Below, piece by piece: positions 41,195-53,763 of a stretch of 64,000 bases of DNA. This DNA is from a bacterium (GTDB lineage Bacteria; Cyanobacteriota; Vampirovibrionia; Obscuribacterales; JAKAZS01): the NCBI GenBank assembly GCA_021815785.1, contig JAKAZS010000003.1:1111-65110 (forward strand), in the 5' to 3' direction. The notes under the pieces are model-generated. The model saw nothing but the letters and a program-made list of their open reading frames with translations, made no database searches and was not told the origin of the DNA. How positions within the stretch are numbered: the stretch's first letter is position 1; each line of letters begins with the position of its first letter. The position numbers and the translations under genes are program-made.

Positions 41195-41689
41195 ATGAAT
41201 ATTTCTAATATAATTGCTAAGCTTCAAGCTGATAGTGTTAATATGGATTCAGCTGAACATATTCTGGATTCAGCATCGCGGCACGTAACTGATGTTGACA
41301 TTAGGACTAAACACAGTTTTAAAAATGCCTTTGATAGCATCAGTATTATTTTAGGCAAAGCTGATTTTAACTGTGCCGTGGATACCCAAAGTTATAAAAA
41401 TAAAGATTTAGTCTCAATGCCATCCTGGAGCTCCGGCAAAGCCTTAAATGGCGATAGTATTAAAACAATTAAACTAGCTTATTGGATTAAAGAAAATATC
41501 ACTTATTATCTTGTCTTAAGACATGAATTTGCCGATAAAATTCAAAAGCCAATTTATTTTAATGTATCTATAGGCTTTCGTAAAATGAATAAACGCAATT
41601 TGGCAGGCATTAATTCCCTTAAAAATACTGATCTGGAATCACCAGTAAACCAAAATTTATTAACCAAAATATTTTCCTGGATTAAATAA
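41195..41689 (+). CDS. hypothetical protein
   Basis: 164-aa ORF flanked by long AT-rich spacers. No motif recognised. Confidence 0.45.
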   Translation: MNISNIIAKLQADSVNMDSAEHILDSASRHVTDVDIRTKHSFKNAFDSISIILGKADFNCAVDTQSYKNKDLVSMPSWSSGKALNGDSIKTIKLAYWIKENITYYLVLRHEFADKIQKPIYFNVSIGFRKMNKRNLAGINSLKNTDLESPVNQNLLTKIFSWIK

Positions 41690-41897
41690 ATATTCAACGT
41701 TTTTATGATTAAATTAAGTATTGACGATTTTAATTCAAGACTTATAAGACTGTCTTTTTATAATTAATAATTCCGACTGCCTAATTTGCTCATTAGCTTC
41801 CTCATATAAGATTTAAGCTAATTTTGCGTATTTACCCCATTGAAATAAGCCCATATAAAGTATTAAAATGCCTGTACAGTTTTACAGGTATTAACAA

Positions 41898-42326
41898 ATG
41901 GACAACACTTTTACTAAAATTGAAAATAACACTACTCAGAAAGTGACTAATCTGTCTAAAACTTTACTGTCTGAAGTCTATACATTATCGGCCAATTCAA
42001 CCAATAACCTAACTGCTAAAGCTGAAAATGTAATGAATTGCGCTAAATTTAATCAATTTACCACAGCAACTCAAAATCTGATTGACCTTGATAGTTTAAA
42101 AGATACCGGTAATGAATTAGTCAATTATGCCCGCAATCACCCTACTAAAACAACGGTTGGACTGTTTGGCTTAGTTCCAACGGCTTATGCCGCTTTAGCA
42201 CTTCAAGCCGCCTTCACACCCGAAACCTTTTTAGCCAAAACGGCTTTAACACTTGGAACCGGGGCTGCCGTTGAAGGCAGTTTATTTTTGCTTACTAAAG
42301 AATTAAATAAACAGTTTAATCAGTAA
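41898..42326 (+). CDS. hypothetical protein with a hydrophobic C-terminal region
   Basis: 142-aa ORF. The C-terminal segments TTVGLFGLVPTAYAALALQAAF and ALTLGTGAAVEGSLFLL suggest membrane association. Confidence 0.45.
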   Translation: MDNTFTKIENNTTQKVTNLSKTLLSEVYTLSANSTNNLTAKAENVMNCAKFNQFTTATQNLIDLDSLKDTGNELVNYARNHPTKTTVGLFGLVPTAYAALALQAAFTPETFLAKTALTLGTGAAVEGSLFLLTKELNKQFNQ

Positions 42327-42410
42327 TATATTATAAATTTAACTAACCTAAGCACTTTTGCTTAATCAACAGAATTATCAGTTCAAAAAATTGTTTTACC
42401 TAAAATTACC

Positions 42411-43457
42411 TTATGGTAATGGCGCCTGATTCGATAATTCGTTATTAGCTTCATTAATTTTTAACATAACTACCGCATTAGATTTATGTTCAGTTATATA
42501 AAGATTTTTATTATTGTCCAAAGTTAAATAATATGGATTTTTTAAATCTTTAGCAATTAAAGTCTGTTTGCCAGTAGAATCAATTTTTAAAACTGTACCA
42601 GAATTATAGTTAGCTATATAAATATTGCCTTGATTATCACAGGCCATTCCTAACGGGCCATTTAAATTACTGCTGACAAAAACTATACGACGTCCATCAC
42701 TGGATATTCGATCAATTGTATTGCTTTGAAAATTTGCCACATAAAGATTACCTTTACTATCTTTTGCTATGCCCGATGGCGAATTAAACCCTTTAGCAAT
42801 AACTTTTATACTGGCTAAATTACTTGCACTGTTGACAGCAGCTGTATTACTAGAGTTTGCTAAACTATTTGGGTTATTGGTATTATCCATGGGGTTGGAT
42901 ATAGCACCTGAATTATTTGAATTAGCAGTTTGACTGTTGTTATCAATCTGGTTAGTGTTTGTTGGATTTGAATTATCTGTTGTTAAGGGTTGATTATTAC
43001 TAGCCTTACTTAATTTACTGTCAATTACTTCAATTTGCTTTTGGGCGTTTACAAAATGATCATTATTAGGTGAAATATTCATTAATGCTTGTTTAGCCAA
43101 ATCGTATTTGCCTAATTCCATATATACTTTACCTAATTCAAAACTAGCATCAGGATCATTGGGCTTAACTTTAAGCACTTTTTGAAAGCTTTCGCTAGCT
43201 TCATTATAACGTTTCTCACTGGCATACAAAACTCCTAAATTATAATGAGCGTCAGCTAAATCCGGGTTTAAATCAGTTGCCCGCCGAAAGAAAATTATGG
43301 CTGATTCTGGCGAACCCATATTATAAGCATTTAAGCCTAAATTATAAGCATTAATTGCTTTTTGATCAGTTGTCGGTCCTTTCGTTTGCGTAAAACCAGA
43401 CCCTTGACAAAACACAAGCGACAATGCCAATATAGAAGTAGTTAGTTTAATTTTCAT
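42411..43457 (-). CDS. secreted TPR + NHL-repeat (beta-propeller) protein
   Basis: 348 aa. Signal peptide, about 3 TPR units and an N/S/T-rich linker. Repeated GxLYVANxxSNTI/GNIYIANYNSGTV/NLYITEHKSNAV blocks are typical of NHL repeats. Confidence 0.75.
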   Translation of the reverse strand: MKIKLTTSILALSLVFCQGSGFTQTKGPTTDQKAINAYNLGLNAYNMGSPESAIIFFRRATDLNPDLADAHYNLGVLYASEKRYNEASESFQKVLKVKPNDPDASFELGKVYMELGKYDLAKQALMNISPNNDHFVNAQKQIEVIDSKLSKASNNQPLTTDNSNPTNTNQIDNNSQTANSNNSGAISNPMDNTNNPNSLANSSNTAAVNSASNLASIKVIAKGFNSPSGIAKDSKGNLYVANFQSNTIDRISSDGRRIVFVSSNLNGPLGMACDNQGNIYIANYNSGTVLKIDSTGKQTLIAKDLKNPYYLTLDNNKNLYITEHKSNAVVMLKINEANNELSNQAPLP

Positions 43458-43564
43458 GTCATTCCTTAAGAATTAATTTTACTTTTAATATTAATTTTAA
43501 TGCAAATACAATTTTTTGGGTACAAAAAATATATATTAGCAAAACTTAAATTTACAGGTTACCT

Positions 43565-43984
43565 ATGCGCACATCCGGACATATTATTACATCATTAGGC
43601 GTAAGTTTAGCAAATTACTGGCAATTCCGCTCCAAAAAAGCCGCTACAGCGAGCTTTTTAATTGGTTTTCTCATTGATTTAGACCATATTGTGGATTATG
43701 TTAAAGCTCATGGCTGGAAATTTAAATGGGATAAATTTTCCGAAGCTTGTCATGAAAATTATTCCGGAAAATTATTTTTACCCTTACATTCGTTTGAACT
43801 TTTAGCCCTATTCTATATCTCCTGCCGAAACCCCAAATTCAGACCCTATCGCACCGGAATATCCATGTCTTTATTACTACATTTATTATTAGATCAAAAA
43901 TGTAATCCTAATCGCAAACCCTTAACTTATTTTTTATGCCATCGCATCAAAAATAAGTTTAACGCACACACAATATTAAGATAA
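43565..43984 (+). CDS. small membrane protein, YdjM/DUF457-like metal-dependent hydrolase family (tentative)
   Basis: 139 aa. GHIITSLG, FLIDLDHIVD and HLLLD histidine/aspartate motifs lie in hydrophobic segments. Confidence 0.4.
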   Translation: MRTSGHIITSLGVSLANYWQFRSKKAATASFLIGFLIDLDHIVDYVKAHGWKFKWDKFSEACHENYSGKLFLPLHSFELLALFYISCRNPKFRPYRTGISMSLLLHLLLDQKCNPNRKPLTYFLCHRIKNKFNAHTILR

Positions 43985-44059
43985 CATAAAACTACCACAA
44001 TATATTAATCAGGGTAGAAAAAAGTTTTAAACGGACAATTAAAACCCATTTGCAGTAAT

Positions 44060-44100
44060 AAAAAAAGACTATCACAAGGCATAATTATGATAGTCTTTTT
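44060..44100. terminator. bidirectional intrinsic terminator between convergent genes (rpoC2 and the 139-aa gene)
   Basis: AAAAAAA-GACTATCA-(13-nt loop)-TGATAGTC-TTTTT. T-runs follow the stem on both strands. Confidence 0.7.
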
Positions 44101-44121
44101 CCTTAGATTACGGAAATTTGG

Positions 44122-47100
44122 TTATACACCTTCACCAATTGGTGGATATATATCTTCGACCGCTTCTTCCTCGTCGCTAGGCAAAGTATGAGCAAAGAAC
44201 CCCGTTCCAGCGGGTATTAATCGACCAATGATAACATTTTCCTTAAGCCCACGCAACCAGTCTTTTTTACCTTCAACAGCGGCTTCGGTTAAAATACGGG
44301 TGGTTTCCTGGAAAGAAGCTGCTGAAATAAAGCTTTCGGTATTTAAACTAGCTTTAGTTATTCCCAGTAAAACATCATTATAAGTTGTATCAATCATACC
44401 AGCTTGTTTAAGTTTATCATTTTCCGCATCAATATAATACCTTTCTAATAATTCTCCAGGTAACAGAATTGAATCGCCCGGCTCATCAACTCTTATCTTT
44501 CGCGTCATTTGCTTAACAATAACCTCAATATGTTTATCGGCAATTTCCACACCTTGAGATCGATACACAGACTGAACCTCGTCGACAAGGAATTTCTGAC
44601 AGGCTTTAACACCTTTTAAACGTAAAATATCATGCGGATTAGGTGGTCCATCAGTTAAAGATTCACCAGCTTCAATCATTTCGCCATGTTCAACGACAAT
44701 ATTCAGACCTGGTGGTATCAATATCTCTTCTTGAGAATCATCCGCATAGACAATAAATAATTTATTGGTATTATCTTCTTGGACAATTTTAACCTTACCA
44801 CTACGTTCAGCTAAAATTGCCGATTCTTTAGGTTTTCTGGCTTCTAAAAGCTCTTCAACCCGTGGTAACCCTTGGACGATATCACCAGTTTTCTGACGCT
44901 CATAAAGCAGTGTAGCTAATAAATCACCACGTTGCACCAAAGCTGCATCTTCGCATTGCAATTGAGCATTAGCTGATATCAGGTAAGGTCGACCCCGACG
45001 AATTGTAACTTCATTATCTTCAATGCTTACAATTTGACCAGACACATTTGCTTTGACTTGCTTGTCAACCGTATCACCTTTTCTGACTAAATCATTTTTC
45101 TGCAAACTAGTATTACCCTTAATACTATGTTTAACCTGTTGATCCGGGGTAATCAGTAGAATACGACGCTCATCTGATTTGGACAGTTGCACACGGGCAG
45201 CTGTTTTGGTCAGCACTTGCGTAATCGCAATGGGACTGCCCGAATCAATTACCTGGCCATCTTCAACTTTAAGTAGAGTAATATTCAAATCACTGTCACG
45301 TCTAAGTAATACATTTTCCTGGACAACAATTCTTAATTCATCATCAATTTCCACAATACCTTTTAAATTAGCAAGATAGCCTTGCATATTTAAAACTAAT
45401 GACGTACGCGTAAGTTCGCAGCCATGGAATTTGCGAACTTTTTCGCGATCCTTGTACAATAATTGCGTTACTGGTCGTAAGGAAATTTTTTCATCGGTGG
45501 CATCATGTTTAAATTTAGTTTCTTTAGGACTAATAAAGTATTCCTGAACTGGCCTTAATACCAAGATCATTGAACCATCTTCCTTCTGGATGATATTAGC
45601 AACTTTCCTTTCGTTAGCTATCATATCCGTTATAATTTCCTGGCCCACTTCAACTAACTGACCATCATTTACCTTAATATCATAAGGATCATTAATAAAG
45701 ATGGGTTCACCAGGTCTAATGATTACTTCGTGAACAATATCATTATCAGCAATGATTTCAACAACACCATCCATGTGCGCAAACACATCTTTAACAATTT
45801 CCTGTCCAGCCGTTACTATATCTCCAGTTTCAGACATTTTTAAACTTATATCTTTAGATACGAAATGAACTTCTTCAGGAACAAAGAGTAAATTTCCTGG
45901 CTTAGTTATAATACGACGATCGTCAATTTCCACACCATCATAAAATATTTCGCCACCACTAGTTACAGCTGTTGATCCATCATCAACTAATTCAGCAACA
46001 ATTTTTCCATTTTCGACAATTTCATCATTAGCAACTTTAACAATATAAGTTTCTTCGGATTTTTTTACTTTCCAAACTGGGCCTTGCTTACCTACTTCTA
46101 ACTCAGCATTGTTAGCACCAACACTTGCGGTAACGACGTTAATTTCTTTGCCTTTAACCACTTTCTGAGTAGCCTTACCGTTAACTTTAACCGTTTCCGT
46201 TTCAATTTCTGAACCAAAACGAACTTGGCCACCATGTTCTACGGTAATAGTGATTTCAGCTAAAACATCACCAATTTTTACGTCTTGATCATCTTTAACG
46301 GTTAATTTAGCTCCAGTTGGTAAATTGTAAACGTCACCTTCTAGTACCCAAATTATGCCACTTTTGTTAGCAGTTCGCGATATATTACCTTGACGATCGC
46401 GTTTTTCATCAGCGGTAAAACTTTGAAATAAAATTCGACCAGAAATATCAGCAGTAATATCCTGGGTAGCTCTTTCAGTCAAATTCTTTTTAGCTCCGGG
46501 AGTATCAAATTCAGCAATAATTTCACCGCTTTCCACTTTAGTACCAGATTTTAATAACATCAAACTACCAACCGGAACATTAATAGTTTCTTCTTTAGTT
46601 TCATTTAATAATTTAACCGTACCTTCTTTCGTGGTCTGTTCAACTACGTCACCATAAGCAGTTCGAAAGGATCGACTCGGTATTTTATAACTTAAAGTCC
46701 CGTTAGCTGGAGCCTTAATCTGATTACGACCACCGCCACTAGCCACAGCTCCACCAGTATGGAAAGTTCTCATCGTTAACTGAGTACCAGGCTCACCAAT
46801 CGACTGAGCGGCAATAATACCAATAGCTTCACCAATATCGACCAATCGATTGGCCGTCATTGACCAGCCATAGCATTTTTGACATACCCCCCACTGACTG
46901 TCGCAGGTAAGCGCAGATCGTACCATAACTTCCGGCTTACTTTTAAGAAGGGTATCAAGACTAATTGATAGAATTCGGTTAATTAAAGTACCAGCAGTAG
47001 CAATAGTCTCACCTGTTTCGGGGTGGATAATGTCACAAGCCAAAGTTCTTCCATAGGCTCTTTCGGATAATTTCACAACGGCCTTGTCACCTTCCATAAT

Positions 47101-47793
47101 TGGCTTAACACTAATAAATTTAGTGGTACGGCAGTCTTTATCTTTAATAATAACATCCTGGGCAACATCAACTAATCGACGGGTCAAGTAACCACTATCA
47201 GCAGTTTTAAGTGCCGTGTCGACCAATCCTTTTCTAGCTCCATAACTAGAAATAATGTATTCAGTCACATTTAACCCTTCACGGAAATTGGTTTTAATGG
47301 GCAAATGGATAATCTTACCCTGTGAATCAGCCATCAGTCCGCGCATACCAACTAACTGACGCACTTGGGATAAATTTCCTCGAGCACCCGAAAAGGCCAT
47401 CATATATACTGGATTTAAACGGTCAAAATTATCGACAACATCTTTAGTCAACTGATCGGTTGTTGCTGACCAGGTATCAATTACTTTATTATAACGTTCA
47501 ACAGCCGTAATTTCGCCTAATTCATAACGTTTTTGCGCTGCTTCAACAACTTTTTCAGCTGCTGAAATTAAGCCTTTCTTACTTTTTGGTACATCCAAGT
47601 CATCAATCGATACCGTAACTCCAGCCTGGGTTGCATAATGGAAACCAAGGTCTTTAAGGGAATTAGCTAATTCCTGGGTTCGAGCCGTACCAAATTTTTC
47701 ATATACTTCCGCTAGAAATGAGCCTAATTCTTTTTTGCTCATAATTTTATTAATAAAGGGTATATGTTGTTTACTTTCTTTAGTTGATACCAT
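44122..47793 (-). CDS. rpoC2: DNA-directed RNA polymerase subunit beta-prime, C-terminal part (cyanobacterial-type RpoC2)
   Basis: 1223 aa. It begins at the trigger-loop/bridge region (MAFSGARGN, GLMADSQGK) and contains a large lineage-type insertion. It ends with the conserved GKKDWLRGLKENVIIGRLIPAGTG. Confidence 0.95.
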   Translation of the reverse strand: MVSTKESKQHIPFINKIMSKKELGSFLAEVYEKFGTARTQELANSLKDLGFHYATQAGVTVSIDDLDVPKSKKGLISAAEKVVEAAQKRYELGEITAVERYNKVIDTWSATTDQLTKDVVDNFDRLNPVYMMAFSGARGNLSQVRQLVGMRGLMADSQGKIIHLPIKTNFREGLNVTEYIISSYGARKGLVDTALKTADSGYLTRRLVDVAQDVIIKDKDCRTTKFISVKPIMEGDKAVVKLSERAYGRTLACDIIHPETGETIATAGTLINRILSISLDTLLKSKPEVMVRSALTCDSQWGVCQKCYGWSMTANRLVDIGEAIGIIAAQSIGEPGTQLTMRTFHTGGAVASGGGRNQIKAPANGTLSYKIPSRSFRTAYGDVVEQTTKEGTVKLLNETKEETINVPVGSLMLLKSGTKVESGEIIAEFDTPGAKKNLTERATQDITADISGRILFQSFTADEKRDRQGNISRTANKSGIIWVLEGDVYNLPTGAKLTVKDDQDVKIGDVLAEITITVEHGGQVRFGSEIETETVKVNGKATQKVVKGKEINVVTASVGANNAELEVGKQGPVWKVKKSEETYIVKVANDEIVENGKIVAELVDDGSTAVTSGGEIFYDGVEIDDRRIITKPGNLLFVPEEVHFVSKDISLKMSETGDIVTAGQEIVKDVFAHMDGVVEIIADNDIVHEVIIRPGEPIFINDPYDIKVNDGQLVEVGQEIITDMIANERKVANIIQKEDGSMILVLRPVQEYFISPKETKFKHDATDEKISLRPVTQLLYKDREKVRKFHGCELTRTSLVLNMQGYLANLKGIVEIDDELRIVVQENVLLRRDSDLNITLLKVEDGQVIDSGSPIAITQVLTKTAARVQLSKSDERRILLITPDQQVKHSIKGNTSLQKNDLVRKGDTVDKQVKANVSGQIVSIEDNEVTIRRGRPYLISANAQLQCEDAALVQRGDLLATLLYERQKTGDIVQGLPRVEELLEARKPKESAILAERSGKVKIVQEDNTNKLFIVYADDSQEEILIPPGLNIVVEHGEMIEAGESLTDGPPNPHDILRLKGVKACQKFLVDEVQSVYRSQGVEIADKHIEVIVKQMTRKIRVDEPGDSILLPGELLERYYIDAENDKLKQAGMIDTTYNDVLLGITKASLNTESFISAASFQETTRILTEAAVEGKKDWLRGLKENVIIGRLIPAGTGFFAHTLPSDEEEAVEDIYPPIGEGV

Positions 47794-47849
47794 TTTATTT
47801 ATCCTTCAAAATGTAGTTTAAAACGTTAATTTTTGCTTTAAGAACAAAG

Positions 47850-49664
<1,815 letters not shown>

Positions 49665-49720
49665 TTATAAATTAATAATTTTAGTGATACAGTCATAGTT
49701 AAAATGAGTTAAATAACAGG

Positions 49721-52700
49721 TTAAATTTCTTCAAATACATCAGCCGGAACAGGTTCTTCATCCAAAGGTGAAATTAATTCACTTAAAGGAATGTCGACTT
49801 CTTCTTCGAGTTCACCAGCTGGTGTTTCATCATCAACCGGGGTATTTAAATCATTATTATCAAGCAAATCACTGGCTTCGACAATCGATAAGCCCAGATC
49901 AACTTCATCTTCATCAACAATCAAGTCGGTATCACCCTCTTCAATTGCTCCACCCACTAGTTCAAAGCCAACAAAATCACTTGGGCTACCTTCAACGGAC
50001 CCCAACGATTTTAAACCCAGGTTAGCAATTTCTGAATCCAGGCCAATTTCGCCAAACGGACTTAAACGTTTCGGTGCTCTGGTTTTAACCTCTTCCACCT
50101 CAACCATTAAATCGACTTCAACTTCAGTACCATCTTTAGATTTTTTAGCTACCGTCACATCTAGACCAATGGACTGCAATTCGCGAACCAAAACCTTAAA
50201 AGATTCTGGTATTCCAGGTCGACGCAGATTTTCCCCTTTGACAATGGATTCATAAGCTCGAGATCGACCATTAACATCATCGGATTTAATAGTCAGCATT
50301 TCTTGAAGCGAATAGGCCGAACCAAAAGCTTCTAAAGCCCAACATTCCATTTCTCCTAGACGTTGACCGCCAAACTGAGCCTTACCACCAAGTGGTTGTT
50401 GCGTAACGAGCGAATAAGGACCAGTAGAACGAGCATGAATTTTATCATCAACTAAATGGACTAATTTCATCATGTAAATTTTACCAACCGATACTGGATA
50501 ATCAAAGCTTTCGCCAGTTCGACCATCATAAAGGGTTACTTTACCATCATCACCAATCCATTCGATATCATTCATTTCCTTGCCAGTTTTAACTTCGCCA
50601 TGAACGAATTTAGTTGAAGCTTCCTTATCATACATTTCATCAAATGGTGGCACTTCGTAAATCCGCCCGGTAAGCATAGCAGCCAAACCAAGCAAAGTTT
50701 CAAAAGTCTGTCCGACGTTCATCCGACTTGGTACACCCAGAGGATTTAAAACAATATCCACCGGACTACCGTCAGGTAAAAATGGCATATCTTCAACTGG
50801 TAGAATTCTTGCCACAATCCCTTTGTTACCATGACGACCAGCAACCTTATCTCCCACACTTACCTTACGTTTTTGGGCGACATATACGCGCACTACTTTA
50901 TTGGATACGGGGGGCAATTCATCACCTTTGTCACGATCAAAGACCTTAACATCAACGACTCTGCCACCTTCACCATGGGGTACACGTAAAGAATTGTCTC
51001 TAACGTCACGAGCTTTTTCACCAAAAATTGCCCGCAGTAACTTTTCTTCAGGCGGATGTTCAGATTCGCCTTTTGGTGTTATTTTACCAACCAGAATATC
51101 ATCAGGATAAACCCTAGATCCAATTCGAACGATACCATTTTCATCAAGATGGCGTAAAGATTCTTCTGACACATTAGGAACTTCACGGGTAATTTCTTCG
51201 GGTCCTAATTTTGTTGATCGAGCATCACTTTCAAGTTTTTCAATATGGATTGAAGTTAAGATGTCATCATAAACCAATCTACGACTAATCAAAATTGCGT
51301 CTTCAAAATTGTACCCTTCCCAAGGCATAAAAGCTACAAGCAGATTACGCCCAACCGCTAATTCACCACTATTAGTAGCAGCTCCATCGGCGATAATTTG
51401 CCCAGGGACTACTGCCTGGCCTACTTCAACAAAAGGTTTTTGATTTAAACAGGTGTCTTGGTTAGATCGCTGAAATTTAGATAAATTATATCTAATCAAA
51501 TGACCTTCATCATTACGAATATGAATCGTGGTAGCTGAAACATATTCAACAATACCTTTGGTTTTAGAAAGTAAAACCATCCCAGAATCTCGAGCAGCAT
51601 GTCGTTCAATACCAGTAGCAACAAGAGGACGTTCAGTGCGCACCAATGGCACTGACTGCCGTTGCATGTTCGATCCCATAAGCGCTCTATTGGCATCATC
51701 ATGTTCCAAGAAAGGAATAAGTGCAGTTCCAACAGAAATAATCTGAATCGGACTTACCCCTACATAATCAACTTGATCTGGTGGGGCTTCAATAAATTCA
51801 GCTTTATAACGAACTGGTACTAATGGAGTCAAAAATTTACCATCTTTGTCAACCGTTACATCACCAGGAGCTACCCTATAATTATCTTCTTCATCAGCAG
51901 TTAAATATTCAACTTCTTTACCAACAATTCCATTAATAACTCGATGATATGGTGTTTCAATAAAACCATACTCATTAACCCTGGCATGGGTAGCCAGTGA
52001 ACCAATTAAACCGGCATTTGGGCCTTCTGGCGTTTCCACCGGACAAATGCGACCATAATGGGATGGATGAATATCGCGAACAGCAAAACCAGCTCTTTCG
52101 CGAGACAACCCACCTGGTCCCAAAGCTGATAGTCTTCGTTTATGGGTCAATTCAGCCAAAGGATTAGTTTGATCCATGAATTGTGATAACTGGGAAGAAC
52201 CAAAAAATTCTCGAATTGCTGCTACCAGTGGTTTTGTATTCAGCAAATTAGCTGGTGTAAGCGAATCGGCATCCTGTAAAGTCATCCGTTCACGCACAAT
52301 ACGTTCTAGACGAGATAAACCTACTCTAAACTGATTTTGTAATAATTCACCCACGCAACGGATCCGACGATTGCCTAAATGATCAATGTCGTCAACTTGA
52401 CCTTCGTCATAGTTTAAACCTATTAAATAATCGATTGAAGCAACAATGTCTTCACGAGTTAAAGTTCGGGTAGTTTCGGAAATATTTAGCCCGAGTTTTT
52501 TATTCATTTTATAGCGGCCAACTTTGCCTAAATCATAGCGCTTATCATCAAAGAAACGACTATCAATTATACTTTGACCGCCAGCTACTGAAGGTGGATC
52601 CCCTGGTCGTAATTTGCGATAGACTTCAATTAATGAATCATCTCTAGTTTTAGTTGAATCCTTGTCAAAGGTTTTTTTCAGAAATTCATGATGTCTAAAC

Positions 52701-53332
52701 ATCCCTTCCATTTCTGAATCAGTGTAGCCTAAAGCCCTTAAAAGAGTAGTTGCTGGAAGTTTACGATTTTTATCGATTTTGACATAAATAACATCATTAG
52801 TATCAGTTTCAAATTTAAGCCAAGCACCTCGATTAGGAATCAAAGTAGCCGAAAACGTTCGTTTACCATTTTGATCAATTTCACGTTTGTAATAAATCCC
52901 TGGACTACGGACAATCTGACTAACTACAACCCGTTCAGCTCCATTAATAATAAAGGTACCGCGATCCGTCATCATCGGAATATCGCCTACATAAATTTCC
53001 TGTTCCTTAATATCACCAATTTCACGGTTGACTAAACGCATTTGAATTCGTAGCTTTTTGGTAAAGCTAGACTCCATTATCCTAGCCTCTTCAGCTGTCT
53101 TAGGCTTGTTGGGCTCAGTATGTTCATCAAATGAATAAGAAGGTAAAAAATGTAATTCTAATCGTCCTGTATAATCTTTAATTGGACTAAAGGCCTTAAG
53201 TTCTTCACCTAAACCTTCACGAACAAACCACTGATACGAACTTTTTTGAATTTCAGCTAAATCTGGAAGATCTGCAATATGAGTACTGCCGACCCCAAAG
53301 GTTCGGACGCGCTCGATTAATTTTGATGTCAT
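49721..53332 (-). CDS. rpoB: DNA-directed RNA polymerase subunit beta with a long acidic C-terminal tail
   Basis: 1203 aa. Conserved blocks [66 protein letters not shown]. About 144 residues follow [17 protein letters not shown]. Confidence 0.95.
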   Translation of the reverse strand: MTSKLIERVRTFGVGSTHIADLPDLAEIQKSSYQWFVREGLGEELKAFSPIKDYTGRLELHFLPSYSFDEHTEPNKPKTAEEARIMESSFTKKLRIQMRLVNREIGDIKEQEIYVGDIPMMTDRGTFIINGAERVVVSQIVRSPGIYYKREIDQNGKRTFSATLIPNRGAWLKFETDTNDVIYVKIDKNRKLPATTLLRALGYTDSEMEGMFRHHEFLKKTFDKDSTKTRDDSLIEVYRKLRPGDPPSVAGGQSIIDSRFFDDKRYDLGKVGRYKMNKKLGLNISETTRTLTREDIVASIDYLIGLNYDEGQVDDIDHLGNRRIRCVGELLQNQFRVGLSRLERIVRERMTLQDADSLTPANLLNTKPLVAAIREFFGSSQLSQFMDQTNPLAELTHKRRLSALGPGGLSRERAGFAVRDIHPSHYGRICPVETPEGPNAGLIGSLATHARVNEYGFIETPYHRVINGIVGKEVEYLTADEEDNYRVAPGDVTVDKDGKFLTPLVPVRYKAEFIEAPPDQVDYVGVSPIQIISVGTALIPFLEHDDANRALMGSNMQRQSVPLVRTERPLVATGIERHAARDSGMVLLSKTKGIVEYVSATTIHIRNDEGHLIRYNLSKFQRSNQDTCLNQKPFVEVGQAVVPGQIIADGAATNSGELAVGRNLLVAFMPWEGYNFEDAILISRRLVYDDILTSIHIEKLESDARSTKLGPEEITREVPNVSEESLRHLDENGIVRIGSRVYPDDILVGKITPKGESEHPPEEKLLRAIFGEKARDVRDNSLRVPHGEGGRVVDVKVFDRDKGDELPPVSNKVVRVYVAQKRKVSVGDKVAGRHGNKGIVARILPVEDMPFLPDGSPVDIVLNPLGVPSRMNVGQTFETLLGLAAMLTGRIYEVPPFDEMYDKEASTKFVHGEVKTGKEMNDIEWIGDDGKVTLYDGRTGESFDYPVSVGKIYMMKLVHLVDDKIHARSTGPYSLVTQQPLGGKAQFGGQRLGEMECWALEAFGSAYSLQEMLTIKSDDVNGRSRAYESIVKGENLRRPGIPESFKVLVRELQSIGLDVTVAKKSKDGTEVEVDLMVEVEEVKTRAPKRLSPFGEIGLDSEIANLGLKSLGSVEGSPSDFVGFELVGGAIEEGDTDLIVDEDEVDLGLSIVEASDLLDNNDLNTPVDDETPAGELEEEVDIPLSELISPLDEEPVPADVFEEI

Positions 53333-53644
53333 TGATATCCCCTATGAACAAACAGCTAGCTAATCATGCCCTTGGTGTTGGTATGCAAATTGAAATAGAT
53401 ACAAACATATGGATTATTAATTCTAAATCCTTTTTATAAAGATTTGGGCTTTTGACATAGGTATGTTGACATTTATTAGATAAATTTTTTCTCAGAATCT
53501 GTATATTCAATAAATATAAGGATTTTATTCTAAATAATTATTAAATATATGAACAACACAATTTAACATTTGCGTTAAAATATTTATATATTGTTAAATA
53601 GATAGTAATTTTTTTTGCTTTCGTATTAATTGTATTGTTTTTAT

Positions 53645-53738
53645 GGGGATAGCTCTTTACTGGTGTAAGGCTCGGTCTTCAAAATCGATGTTGGAACAAA
53701 AATTCCAGGATGGGTTCAATTCCCATCTATCCCCGCCA
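53645..53738 (+). tRNA. selC: tRNA-Sec (selenocysteine, anticodon UCA), CCA encoded
   Basis: Reading 5' to 3': GGGGATAG (acceptor 5' strand), CT, CTTTAC-TGGT-GTAAGG (D arm), C, TCGGT-CTTCAAA-ATCGA (anticodon arm), TGTTGGAACAAAAATTCCAGG (variable arm), ATGGG-TTCAATT-CCCAT (T arm), CTATCCCC (acceptor 3' strand), G, CCA. This gives an 8-bp acceptor stem, a 6-bp D-stem with a 4-nt loop, an anticodon loop identical to E. coli selC, a long variable arm and a 5-bp T-stem, i.e. the bacterial 8/5 Sec fold. 94 nt. Confidence 0.92.
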
Positions 53739-53763
53739 TTATTAAAAGCTACAGCATTGTCTA

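Noticed and set aside
49768-51746. Several 64-154-aa ORFs on both strands within rpoB (for example 49791..50255 +, 50728..50949 +, 51496..51732 -)
   Set aside because: They lie inside or antisense to a highly conserved RNA polymerase gene. The longest coincides with the low-complexity acidic tail.
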